A DNA stretch of 64,000 bases, from positions 64,001 through 128,000 of IMG/VR virus record IMGVR_UViG_3300047089_000244; one strand, written 5' to 3'. Within the stretch, counting starts at the first letter, position 1; each line of letters starts with the position of its first letter. Of this stretch, positions 29,572-41,200 are shown piece by piece. Position numbers and translations under genes: made by a program. This DNA is from a virus. The notes beneath the pieces are model-generated. The model had not been told where the DNA came from, did not search any database, and saw nothing but the letters and a program-made list of their open reading frames with translations.

Positions 29572-30197
29572 CCACTGTTCACGGGGGATCTCGCATACGG
29601 CCACAATATCGGCCTCAAGGATCTCGATCTTGTGCTCACCCACACCATACTTCATGATATAGCCACCGGCTGTGTTGTACCTGTCAAGGAATCGATCCAC
29701 CATCAGAGTGCGCAGTGTTCCGTCATCCATGTAGGTGATCAATTTCATTAGGGGCACGCACTCTTTGGTGCGTTGTTCCTCATTGGTCATAGACACCACG
29801 GTGCTCTTCCCATGGATCACTCTCTAACAGTTCAGCGTCGATGAGATCCTTCATGCGCTTGATTTTCTCGCGTACATGTTCATCGCTATCTTCGTAACTA
29901 TCCACACAGAAGTAGCCATCGCTATCCCTGATGATGGTGTAGTAGATCATAGGCCAACCTCCCAGGCATTCTTCCCTGCGGCATTCGATCGTGTGGCCCT
30001 TGTGTTTGGCGTTCATGCGTCTAGATCCCACGGGTTAGGGATGCACTGAACAAGGATAGGCGTTGTGCCCGCTGTGCATCTCTCACGATCACAGCACCAG
30101 CCCTGCTCGGTCTTGTGGAGCGTACGGAACGTGTTGGCGTTGCGCCCACAGCAATGGCATGTGTGTTGGCGCTCGTGTGTTGCCCATCTGAAGCCGT

Positions 30198-30470
30198 TCA
30201 TGATCCGACGTTGATCTCCTCACGCGGCGTGCCACCAATGGTGTGCGTCTCGGGATAGGCGGCTGGGGCGTCCCTCCACTCCTTGTCTTCTCTCGCCCAT
30301 AGCTGTTGCAGTGTGTCGCCTGGCCTCATTGCTTCTAGCATCTCATCGCCATCGCTGCTTTCGCCCCATAGCTCACCGTCTGGGTCTATGACTCGCCACC
30401 AGCGCGTTTGATACCATTGGCCGCTGGCCTGCTGTTCGATCATCTCGGCTGTTGTAGTCTTTGATCTCAT
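30198..30470 (-). CDS. hypothetical protein (paralog A)
   Basis: WYQTRWWRVIDPDGELWGESSD..EM.EAMRPGDTLQ.LW. Confidence 0.65.
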   Translation of the reverse strand: MRSKTTTAEMIEQQASGQWYQTRWWRVIDPDGELWGESSDGDEMLEAMRPGDTLQQLWAREDKEWRDAPAAYPETHTIGGTPREEINVGS

Positions 30471-30677
30471 TGCGTGCCTCCTACGCCCATTGCATCAGCA
30501 CACTCTAGCCACGCATCCATTTCCTTGAGCGTGTACGGCCCATAGGGCAATGGCGCAAAGACCAAGAAGATGCCGCGCTCGGGCTCGACCCATTTGTCAA
30601 CGAAGCCATGCTCTTGGATCTCATCGAGGCGTTTGCGCATCTGTTTGAGTGTACGCCTCATCGACATCGCCGCCATA

Positions 30678-30905
30678 TCATGCCTCAGTCTCTCTATACA
30701 TCTTAGCAATTCTCAAAGCTTGATCATCAAGCTCACACTCTGCGTCTCTCCATTCTCTGTCCTGTCTCCCCCAAAGCAATTGTAGCGTGTCGCCAGGGCG
30801 CATAGCTTCTTCCATCTCTTGCCGGTCACTGCTCTCGCCCCACAACGAGCCATCGGACGCTATGACACGCCACCAACGTGTTGGATACCAACCATCACCC
30901 ATCAT
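30678..30905 (-). CDS. hypothetical protein (paralog B)
   Basis: WYPTRWWRVIASDGSLWGESSD..EM.EAMRPGDTLQ.LW. Confidence 0.65.
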   Translation of the reverse strand: MMGDGWYPTRWWRVIASDGSLWGESSDRQEMEEAMRPGDTLQLLWGRQDREWRDAECELDDQALRIAKMYRETEA

Positions 30906-32615
30906 AGTTGATTTGCTCAGTTAAGTTAGCGATCATTTGATCTCCCATGATGTGAACTGATGCAAAGGATGTGCTCGCCTGCAAGATGCGCATGACCCGT
31001 ACACATAAATGATGTCTCAACGGTCTCGGGCTTATCGCCGCGAGCAGTGCGTGTAAGATTGCGCAGAAAGTTCAAGCGATCAAGATAGGTGAGGTCGAGA
31101 TGCAAAGGCACAGAGCGCTCTTCCTCTATACGCTTGTGCGAAACGAATCCCTCATCATCGCACATGCGCATCTCCAATGTGTACTTATCGTTCATTTTCC
31201 TCACCAGGGAACATACCGTTATGATAGCGCTTGCTTGGCGGTAGCACTGCACTGCGATACTCACGCCAACTGATCTGTGTGTCGTGGCAGGGTAGCGGCA
31301 CGAGCGTCCAATGACCCGGCAGATACTCAGGCTGATAGAAGCTCATGCCATAGTTGAGCGCGCACCATTGTCTCCATGTCATACCTCTGTAAAGTGTAAT
31401 CATAGCCCTGCCTTGATTCGTATTAATCCCTCCGACTCGCCATGATAGCCCTGCCACCTATAACGCTCTCTGGTCACATACAAATCTTGTCCGCAGGCAT
31501 CGGCTGCTGCTACGATTGCCGCCTGACTGACAGTGAAGTCGATGTCGCCCCACCAAACCTGACGAAAGTATGATCTTCGTCGTAGAAAGAGCGCGCGCTC
31601 TTTTACGAAGATGCAGGCATTGAAGAACACCAGGTGATCAGGATGCTGTTCACTGTAGAACGACTTGCTACCGCTGATCATCCTGCCTTGATGCAAGCCT
31701 TGATCCTCAAGTGCTTGACCTATGGCTCCTGCCTGTGCCTCGATGCGAGCACCGGCATAGAAGTGATGAGTGAAAAAATTGCTCATCTCTTGAACGCCTT
31801 CCATACACTTTGTCGCTTAGGACGCGTATGTGACGCATTGCACTTTACACAGTATGTCACTTCCCACTCGCCCTTGGGATTACCTGGCGATGGCACTCGC
31901 TTTGATAAGAGCTTCCATGGCCCGTAGACATGCTTATCTGGATGACAGAACTTGAACATGGACTCAGTATAGCAACCAACAGGTTATCGGTATACAAGCA
32001 TCTACCAACCTATGGGTTACCACGGAGGCCATAAGATCTTCACGCCCCTGGACGTTTCGAGCTTGATCCCGTTGCGCCCAAACGACATGCTCACATAATG
32101 ATTGCGTGTCCCTACGTTGATCCACATCTTATTTAGTATAGCAGGTGACGGTGTTCATTTCGTCACATTCCGTCAACTTACAGCGCCTCGCGTGTGTAAC
32201 TATGTCATTCGTAGGAGTGTGTAGCATAAACGTCAAGATGAGAGCCCAACTTGACGGTGCTGTAAGCTAATGACCCCAAGGTGTATCAAGTAGCTGTGCG
32301 CGCCAGTGTCGCCATATCTTACCATCAGGCCACTGAGCACGACACCAGCCATCATCGTACTCCTCAATGAGAATGACAGGTTTGCCTAGATAGTACTTAG
32401 TCATTGGCGATCATCGTAGCACAGATGTCGTCTACGTGCTACACTGGTTGTATGCACGCTCAAGAAATAGTCGGTGGTGTTATCGGATGGTGCGTTGGCT
32501 GTCTTCTGACTGTCGCGTCTATCGAAGCCACATCGACCTTCCGTGGGATCATCTTGCCATTGCTCATTGGTGTGCCCTTCACCCTATGCTTTATGTGGCT
32601 TGGCTCACATGTTGA

Positions 32616-32807
32616 ATGATGCCCTGCGTCAAGAAAGTCTATCCCTCTAAGACACAGGCGCTTAAACGTGCAGCCAATCTTGAACTAACTGAGCACAAGC
32701 TCTTATACGCATACGAATGTAAGCGCTGCGAACATTGGCATCTCACATCCAAACGTCCACCCAAGCGATCGTATAAGCAAAAGCGTGATGGTAAGCGGCT
32801 GCGCTAG
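32616..32807 (+). CDS. small Zn-binding phage protein
   Basis: C.K..Y.S...A...YAYEC..C..WHLTS, a pattern common in actinophages. Confidence 0.65.
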   Translation: MMPCVKKVYPSKTQALKRAANLELTEHKLLYAYECKRCEHWHLTSKRPPKRSYKQKRDGKRLR

Positions 32808-33687
32808 CTCTCGAAGTGCTCAAGCGCCATCTCTAAGAAGTGTTCGGGGCAAAGCCAACGTGACCCCACCCATCGCATCTTAGTTTGCGGCAACTTTATC
32901 TCACAATCAGAGCGTGCGCATTCCCTCGACCACGCATAAAGCGGATGCACAGCGTTAGCATGCTGGTAAGCGTACTCGCGCTGATGCTGGGAGCGTGCCT
33001 CCGTCTCAAGCTGGGTAGCCGTAAGCGTATCAGAAGCGCGCTTGATATGTCCTTTAAGCGTTCCGTACTTCTCATGCCATGCCCAGCGACTCATGCAGGC
33101 ACCACAAACTCATAAACTTCATTGGCGTATCTCTCTCTTGCTAGCCTCGCCTCCTTGAGGACGTAGATAAAACCTCGTGCTGCCTGCTCGGCTAGTTCTA
33201 CCGTATCCTCTTTGCCATCTCCTACGGTAATCAAATGTTCGCCACGTAGATGACGTACAAACCATGTCCCATCAGGATGGATCTGTACTCGATACTCGTC
33301 AGGAAGTTTAACAGCCATAGTAGGAACTCATTGTAGAATCATTGAAGCATCTCTAGATGTTCACACTCAGGCACCGGACACGGTGCTATCACTAGCTCTT
33401 CATTGGCCTCCTCTTGCCACAGAGCATGACACGACTCACACGACCACGTTGTCCAACAAGCCGGACCCCGTTGTAGCTCTTTTCTACATGCTGGACATAT
33501 CTTCATAATGTACTCTCCTTGCTCAAGCGACGATAAGCGTCACACTGAATGCACTCTCCCGGCCCGTGCTCTTCACCCTCAGGAATCAACCCAAGCAAAT
33601 CATATGGTGAATCAAAGACCACACGAAGCTCCTTCATACGCTTCAATACGTCATCCTCGTAGTCCACGTCATCATAGCTGCAACCCA

Positions 33688-34125
33688 TTATACCATCTCC
33701 GGTATGTTCTGCTCCTCGCGCCATTTAGCCCATGAGGGATCTATAGCCTTGTGGCGGAGCCACTCCTCTACATCGGGCTTGGGCTCGAAAGGCTTAAACT
33801 CCCCCTCGGCTGTGTCGCGCTCATTCCAGTCGCGGCAGCGCTCGCACACAAAAGCTCCGCGCTCATCGTTGCTGTCGTAGTACTCGACTTCCTCAGCATG
33901 TGATGGCGGACGTTCGGACCATTCGGGCTCTGACTCGCTGTGGAACAGGTGCTCGCTACAGAAGAACAACCCGCAGCCCTGCTCGCCGCCGTAGGGCTCG
34001 CCACCACAGACATAGCCTAGGCCACGATCGATCTTGACCTTACAGTCTGGGTGATCACACACAGCGGGCACACCGTAGCCGATGTCGCGCGCCCACGTGT
34101 CGTCGTATCCGATTTCCCAACCCAC
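33688..34125 (-). CDS. conserved Cys-rich phage protein
   Basis: MGW.IGYD...RDIGYGVPA.CDHP.C...IDRGL.YVCGG...GCGLFFC..H. Confidence 0.75.
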   Translation of the reverse strand: MGWEIGYDDTWARDIGYGVPAVCDHPDCKVKIDRGLGYVCGGEPYGGEQGCGLFFCSEHLFHSESEPEWSERPPSHAEEVEYYDSNDERGAFVCERCRDWNERDTAEGEFKPFEPKPDVEEWLRHKAIDPSWAKWREEQNIPEMV

Positions 34126-34721
34126 TCCTGCTATAATAGCAGATCATGGACATCTTTGAGCACCAGAAGCGACCAATGCCATCCAGGACCACACTATGAT
34201 CACCATCAAAGATATCGTCAAGCCTCTCCCTCAGCCTTACAAGGCTTATGCCGCACGGCTCGTGCTTGTATGCTCAGTGCCGATCCTCGTGCCCCTCTCC
34301 GTTATTGTGGAAGGTAGCGCGTGGTGCAAGGAGATGTACCGCGAGTATATCGATGCGTGGCAAAGCGTGAGGGAATGGTGATGTACGAGAATCCCTGGAT
34401 AGTCTATGTGGCTTGCGCCTTCTTTCTGGCGATCATTGTGATCACCCTAATCGAAAAGAGCGTGCTATGAGGAGCGATCCTGGTCTAGCTTATGCCTTTG
34501 GGGCAAGCATAGCCATTATGGTCTTGCTTGCTGTCATATTTCTCGTTCTTGAATCCTTGGGGATCAATTCATGAAAAGCAAGCGTCTCCTCACCGAAGTT
34601 CTGATGTATGGCACGCTCATCATCCGTGGCGTGCAGCTAGGGGATGAGATCAAACGCCTCTACGTGATCCACAAGCCCAAAGGACACATTGGCTTCGTGC
34701 GCCCCGAGCGCAAGCGCTGGT

Positions 34722-35141
34722 TCAGTCGTCGTGGTCGCTAGCGTGCTTCTCAGCCGAGCGCTTCTGACATAACGGACACAGAGTCCTAATCCAAAAGGCG
34801 TTGGCTTTACAAGGCTCTCCAGCCATGCCGCAGTTTTCGCATGTCTTGAAGCTCAGTTCCTCGGCAGCCTCAATCAACTTGCGAGCGCGATCATAATCTT
34901 GCTCTGGGAAAGCATCCAGGTAAAAGCGCAGTCCACCGAACTTCTCCTTGACCTGCCCAATCACATAGTCAGGTGCTATGTCGCGTAGATTGGCATCTAG
35001 CTCTCGTACGAGCGGTCGCCAACCCTCACCCACATGCTCAATCCATCGCTCGATAGATTTAGGATCGGGGTGTTCTTCAAACACCCTCTGAATCCTCTTG
35101 CTCGTTTCCTCAGGAGTCTCTGGTATGCCATCTACAATCAT
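34722..35141 (-). CDS. conserved phage protein (QVKEKFGGLRFY family)
   Basis: GW..LV..L...QVKEKFGGLRFY...S...CE.CG...W..TLC..C. Confidence 0.8.
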   Translation of the reverse strand: MIVDGIPETPEETSKRIQRVFEEHPDPKSIERWIEHVGEGWRPLVRELDANLRDIAPDYVIGQVKEKFGGLRFYLDAFPEQDYDRARKLIEAAEELSFKTCENCGMAGEPCKANAFWIRTLCPLCQKRSAEKHASDHDD

Positions 35142-35509
35142 CCGAGATCCTTCTCTGGATCGTACCACTCGGCGTACTGAGTCACTTCGAAGGGAGCAAG
35201 CGTAACGTTGTAGCCCGCAGCGTTGAGCGCCCGAGCCATCTTATGCGCTCCTACGGGGTTCCATGAATGAATGATGACCGCATCAGGTACGAGATCCTGT
35301 TCAATCATCCATTCCACGAGCTTCATGCCCGTCTCCTCAGATGATCCCTTGGCATAAATACCGTCGCTAGGAGCAGCGCCGAGATCATGGTCGAGCGAGA
35401 TAGTCGTGATCTTAGCAGCCGATGACAATAGCAGCTTTGCCTGTGCGTTATCACATGCGCGCTCCCAACCCTTGGGTGCTGGGCGTACATCATCGTGCCA
35501 AATCTTCAT
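35138..35509 (-). CDS. stand-alone cyclic-phosphate-processing receiver (cREC)-like domain
   Basis: MKIWHDDVRPAP.GW...ISLDHDLG...TG...W...IHSWNPVGA..M. Confidence 0.85.
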   Translation of the reverse strand: MKIWHDDVRPAPKGWERACDNAQAKLLLSSAAKITTISLDHDLGAAPSDGIYAKGSSEETGMKLVEWMIEQDLVPDAVIIHSWNPVGAHKMARALNAAGYNVTLAPFEVTQYAEWYDPEKDLG

Positions 35510-36312
35510 GATTGCCTCATATTAGCACGTAGCCAGAGAAAAAACAAGCGGGGAAGTGCCTTAGCGCGATTCAATGCGTGCTCTAGCTGAGCCGTATAAG
35601 CACAGACCTCACAGCGTGGAGAGCCACCACCATGGGTGATTGCCAACATGTCACCCCAAACAATTACGCCCTTGCGCTTACCGCAGTTGTGGCAGAGCTT
35701 CAAGTCATAAGAATCGATGTAAAGGTTGCTCATCTGTCTCGCTCCCACCGCTCCAGCATCTTGATGGCCTCCTTGACTTCATCCACGTCGAGCATCGCAA
35801 TCGTGTCATCGTCGTCATTCAATCGCACATCGATCGTTGTCTCTTGGAGGGTCACAACAAGCTCCTTAACGTATTGGTGCTCGCCTTCGCGGTCGATCAT
35901 ATCGACGCGAATCAGCACTCCTTTAGGCAAGCTCATGTCGCATCTCCCAGTCCGTGAAGTATGCGGAGCGCCAGCGACCGTCGATATACTTGTCATCCAT
36001 GGTCCATTGCACAACAGCCTCGTCGCTCATGTTACCGGGCGTTGTATTGCGCGCTCGCCGAACAGCCTCTTCGACCAGTTCGCGTACTTTATCTTCATCC
36101 AAATACATCATAACACTAGTATAGCAAGCTAGCCTTTGGCTAGTTCCTCGTCTGTCTTGCGGACGAAGCCGATGAGCCGACAGTTGGTCGGTGTAGGTAG
36201 TTCACGAAAGCGATGCCACGCCTTATCAAACGAACGAATCGTCTCTTTCCCCAATGACGATGTGACCTCTAACTCGGCCACAACCGTCATCACATCCTTC
36301 TCGTCCTTCTTC

Positions 36313-36621
36313 TTAGCTGCCATTTTTGAGTACTTTGAGGATTAGGTCATAGCGATCTATTGCGTCATCATGGTGAAGCATCGCCTCTTTGATTGTGTCT
36401 GTATCCAGGCAATTTTCCACAGCCCCTAGCGGTGATTTGAACGCCGCAGGCTGCTCATCACTTTGCAGCCAATCGTAGAAATATGCATGCCATTCCACAT
36501 GACTCTCACGATGCTCTTCAGCATACGCGATTGCCTGAGTACGCTCCCTTTCCTTGACCAGGCTCCTCCAAGGATCTGGATTTTTCATGATTACTTGCTC
36601 TTGGGAAATGCGCTCAGCCAC
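36313..36621 (-). CDS. hypothetical protein
   Basis: QAI...EE.R..H.EW...HH...I..Y..IL.VL. Confidence 0.6.
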   Translation of the reverse strand: MAERISQEQVIMKNPDPWRSLVKERERTQAIAYAEEHRESHVEWHAYFYDWLQSDEQPAAFKSPLGAVENCLDTDTIKEAMLHHDDAIDRYDLILKVLKNGS

Positions 36622-36727
36622 AGTACGATGTCAGCCGCACGATGCTGATGCTTGATGCGCTCAGGCAATACGCGCAGAGCCGCTCCAGTGAAAAACACGC
36701 TCCAGAATCGAGCATTCTTTATAGCAC

Positions 36728-37987
36728 TCATGATATCTCCTCCTTCTGCTGCTCCTGACGGAGCGCCTTGATTAGCTCCGCAGGGCTCTTCCCAGCGAAG
36801 GTTCGACTATATGCAAGATAGTCCTCTCCACGATAGCAGCCTGCGATATAGCTAGCAAGTGCTGCGGCCTGATCTTCATCTAAGGCCGTAAACTCTTCAT
36901 CAACATCCACGCGACCTGCGCGAATGAGCGCATCATCTAAAGCATCACGATTGTTGGTGGTCATGACCGTAATAAGACCATGAGGAGTCCATACACCATC
37001 GAGCGCATTAAGCATAGCTGCGATAGTCGTACCGTCCTCGTCATTGCGCTCAGTCATGGCATGGAATACATCGACATCCTCAAGCAAGAGCATGGACTTC
37101 GGCTCAATAGCCGTCACCAAGCTCATAAGATCAGCATCCTTGTCAAGATCACCAAGGGGAAGATAGTAAATGGGTATGCCAAAGTGATTAGCAAGGGCTC
37201 TAGCCACACTAGTCTTACCCGTGCCGGGTTCGCCATGGAATAGATAACCCCGGTGCCATGGTTGACTAGTGCGACCATAAATATCCTCGCTAGCCAAAAA
37301 GACCTCTAAATCCTTAACCAGATGTTGAATCTGATTCTCCTTGAGCACCACACTGTCAAGCGTCCTAGGAGGTAAATCACTTCGCTTGTTCCATGAGCCA
37401 CCCCAACGGCTTGGTATAAGAAGCGGTGGCGGACCAGATTTCTTATACTTGGCCTTTTGTAGACCCTCGATCATCCTCACAACGGCGTCACGACCTTTAG
37501 TATTTGTGGCCGAGAATGTGATTTTCTCCAAAATCCTACGATATTCCTCAGGTATTTTCTCGCGCCCTCCTGAGAACTCCTCACGAGTCACACTGACCAT
37601 AACTTTACAGCCATCAATCACAACCACTTGCGTACGACTCCCGTCGTAACGTAACTTTACAGGAGGAGTTGAATCCTTGTCATTATCTCCCTCGTAACAC
37701 ATATCGCGATGCCTGTTCTCGCCCGTGCTGGCGATCAGAGCCTTACGATCGTGCTCAGGGATACGAGCTAAGAGCCACTCGTGCAAATGCGGATAGATAT
37801 CATCCGTACCCGCTATTGTGATTGTGTAATCCTCGTGCCTACGAGTCCATGCGATCCCTGATTTGATCATAGGCGCTGCAACCTGTGCTGCTGCAATAGC
37901 GGCGAGAGCCTTGCCCGCATGTTTGCCGCCATATTTCTCGATGATGTCTAGATGTTTCGCTTTGATCGTCGGGAGGCCGTCTACCAT
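36728..37987 (-). CDS. BCS1-like AAA+ ATPase
   Basis: R.LDSVVL...PWHRGYLFHGEPGTGKTS (Walker A), LLEDVD (Walker B), LNALDG, MTTN...LD.ALIR.GRVD. Confidence 0.9.
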   Translation of the reverse strand: MVDGLPTIKAKHLDIIEKYGGKHAGKALAAIAAAQVAAPMIKSGIAWTRRHEDYTITIAGTDDIYPHLHEWLLARIPEHDRKALIASTGENRHRDMCYEGDNDKDSTPPVKLRYDGSRTQVVVIDGCKVMVSVTREEFSGGREKIPEEYRRILEKITFSATNTKGRDAVVRMIEGLQKAKYKKSGPPPLLIPSRWGGSWNKRSDLPPRTLDSVVLKENQIQHLVKDLEVFLASEDIYGRTSQPWHRGYLFHGEPGTGKTSVARALANHFGIPIYYLPLGDLDKDADLMSLVTAIEPKSMLLLEDVDVFHAMTERNDEDGTTIAAMLNALDGVWTPHGLITVMTTNNRDALDDALIRAGRVDVDEEFTALDEDQAAALASYIAGCYRGEDYLAYSRTFAGKSPAELIKALRQEQQKEEIS

Positions 37988-38262
37988 GCGTTGGAGTGTA
38001 GCAGACCCTCTTTCTCGCGGAGCGTCTGCCCTGCATTGGTTCCCTTCGGGGGCTCCTTACCTAGCGACCGTGTACATCGCCAAGTAACCGGGCAGACGGC
38101 GCAATATAGAATCGGCGTACCAGAAGAACGCTGTTCATTTTCGCTCATGCGGCAGTTCGAGCAACCCAGGAATGCTGCCCCTAAGGGGACTACGAACTCT
38201 CCCTTAGCTTTCTTGTCGGCTTGATACTTACGTATTTCTAATTCACGGAGATTAGCACTCAT
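37981..38262 (-). CDS. small Cys-rich protein
   Basis: CSNC...CAVC..C; overlaps both neighbouring ORFs. Confidence 0.5.
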   Translation of the reverse strand: MSANLRELEIRKYQADKKAKGEFVVPLGAAFLGCSNCRMSENEQRSSGTPILYCAVCPVTWRCTRSLGKEPPKGTNAGQTLREKEGLLHSNAW

Positions 38263-41200
38263 GACTGAACCAATTCTAGGTCTTCTCGTTCCTTGCGCTT
38301 CTTACGAATCTCTTGTGGTGGCTTAGGCATAGCTATATCGCCACCCTCTAGATCGTCTTCGTGTTCGTCTTCGTCGGTAGCCCCTTCTGCTCGTGGCAAC
38401 CCACCCCAACTCTCGCTACTTGCGCCAGGGCTCTGCATATGCCAAACATGTTCTCGTTGCTGAAGACAACCAGGACAATCGCATGCTACACTGTAAGCAT
38501 GATCAACCCCAATGCCCTTCTGCTGGTCGCCTTCACCACGGTCGTAGGCGCTCTCCTTGGTTCCGTTCTTATCGGCGCTGCGGTAGGCCTCGCTATCGTG
38601 CTGATTGCCACCATCGTTAACTGAGCCCTCAGCTTTCATATAGTTGCGAGGTTGATCCTGCGGATAGCCGACCGGGTGACCTTCAGGGATTGACCATGAG
38701 TGATCACTGTTCTCCTCAGTGGGGTTGAGTCCATGTACAGGGCAGTCAAGCTTGTGCCCCTGATCACATGTACATCCCTCTTTCTCTGGATGAGGATTGC
38801 CTTGTGCTGGCTCTTGCATCGTGGTAGGGGGCATCATACGCGCGTCTGGATACTCGCGTGTATCCGATTGGTCTGCTCCGAAGTGCCAATCGGTATGTTC
38901 ACCTGATCGAAGACTCGGTACGGTCTGAAAGATGTGGTTAATGATGTCAGCCGGGACAGGGTGAGCCTTAGTATCGAGTCCACCGCGTGGTCGGATATTG
39001 AAGAAGTGCGCGCTTCCTTCGCCTAGCTGATATGGAGCATGGCTATCCATGTACTCCGCATGGTGCGGGGAACCTTGTACATTGACTGCCCATGTATGCA
39101 CGTCACCACTAGGCGTCACAAGGCCCTTGCCTGGGATACCCGAGCCTGGTAACCAAGCAAGTTGATGGCTGGCTTCCCTGAACGAGCGATACCCATCGTC
39201 TGCCATTTTCCCGTCAGGGCCGTCGCCCCATGTATGCTCGTCCCATTTGCCATAGCCATTAGGGGTAGCTTCCAAGTTATCCTCGAAGTCCTGCCAAGGC
39301 ATGGCGAACTCAGGAACAGAAGATGTAGGTATCACGCGCGGCTCTCCATCGATTCCCTCACCAACCGGCTTGCCTCGAAAGCCAACCACCCACCGATCTT
39401 GTGGGTCCCAACTCATATGACTCATGTATTCAGAGAGGTGATGGGGATTCCAGAACGATGAATACCCCGGCTTGCGATACTTCTCGCGCATAGTGTCAGA
39501 TATTCCATTGTCCTCGATCGGCACCGTCTCTGCGTGCTCGGTTCCCCACCAAGGCGCATCTGGATGATGCGCACGATAGTAGAGGCCGTTCTCCATCGGC
39601 AACGCCGTTAGCTGTTCGCCAGCTACTCTAGCGTACGCTGTCTGCCAGCTTTTGCTGCTCTCAGTAGGATCGGGTGAGTAACCATGAGCTTTGGCAAATT
39701 CGCGTAACTTGATAGAGCTTGGTTCCGTAATAGAAGCGTTGCCGTGACCAAGCGCGTTATTGATCGCCTGGTCGCCGGGATGTCCACTCAAAAAGAATGA
39801 GGCATGAGGATAGCCCGTAGGATCGCGCAAGCTCATCCATTGGTGATAGGGATACTGGCCTCCAAAGTTATCAATGGAGAAATCATCTAGAGTCTTATAA
39901 GGCTCGTTGGTGTACTCTGTTTCTCCATCGATTTCTCGTCCGGTCCCGCGAAGTCCTTTAGCCCAACAATTATGCATAAGCTGACCCTCCCGCTGACGAT
40001 CCTCTGGGGTCACGAGCTTATGAATTCGCCATTGATCAGGAAATTCATGAACCACTTGCGAAGTATCGGGACCCACTTGCTCAAGAGCCCGAGCCCGTTG
40101 AGGTTGAGTTAGCCCCCCTATGTGCTCGGGGAGATTCACAACTTCCTTCTCGATCTCCGACGGCTCATGCACCTTGAACTCACGAGCCCAGTCTTCCTCT
40201 AGATCGTCAGGCGCTCGATCGGTAGTCACATCCGTGTGCTTCTCAAGAAGCTCCTTCATGATGCCTATGCCTTTGGCATTATGGGAGTGGATGTTCACAC
40301 TCTTGGGCATATGCTTGCGGTGCTCATGCAACCAAATTACAAAGTCGCCGCCGCTCAGCGCATCTGGATTAATGACGACTTTACCCTCGTATTTGACTAT
40401 ACCCAAGTCATGATCAAGCGACATATGAGCGTAGTCATTATCCTTGGCGAGCTTTTTTGCTTCGCTTGCATCTTTGGCCCAATCCCAAGACTCATCAGGG
40501 GGATGTCGCGTATCGTCTAGCCAGAGTTTGTGCCTCGTAAAGGCTAGCCTAGACTGAAAATCCCAGTATTGCTCCTTGCCCTTGAATCCCACGTCCTTGA
40601 TACGAGGATCAGCCTGTTCTACGATATGGCGATAATCACGCGGGTCGTTTTCGCCATACTGATCTGGGCGTGGCTTATAGAATTTGACGCGACCTGCCTG
40701 AGAGATGTTGAAACATGTGTCCCAGAACGTCGTTGGCTGTCCTTCCCACTCGCCACCGTGGGGATCGTAGTCGCCGCCCTCATTAACCATACCTTTGGGA
40801 TGATTGAGCCCAAAGACCTTTTCAGCGTACTGAACATGGCTTGGTCTTCCGTCCTGACCGCTCGTAGGCCACGTATGTACATTGCCCTGAGGATCAAGCA
40901 TACCCTTGCCAGGGGTACCCGGCTCCCAGTTGAGTTGATTACCTTGATTATCAGAGACCTTTGTCTCTGCCCGCATCCAGGTGCGTGGAGCATCTGTGTG
41001 ATAGTCATAGCCCACGGGGCTAGATGGATCTGGGAAATCCAGAGAGTCATCATAAGTTGGTAGCGTCGGATGCAGACCGTGACATGGGCAATCCAACTTA
41101 TGGCCATCTTTGCATGTGCAATCCACATCAACGGGCTCACCATTTCGCTCTCGTAAAGCATTTGGCCATTGATCCTTTGGGTTCCAGCTATCAGCCACCT

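Noticed and set aside
30198-30905. Diversity-generating retroelement template/variable repeat pair
   Set aside because: Differences are not adenine-specific, both copies are intact ORFs, and no reverse transcriptase is in the window.
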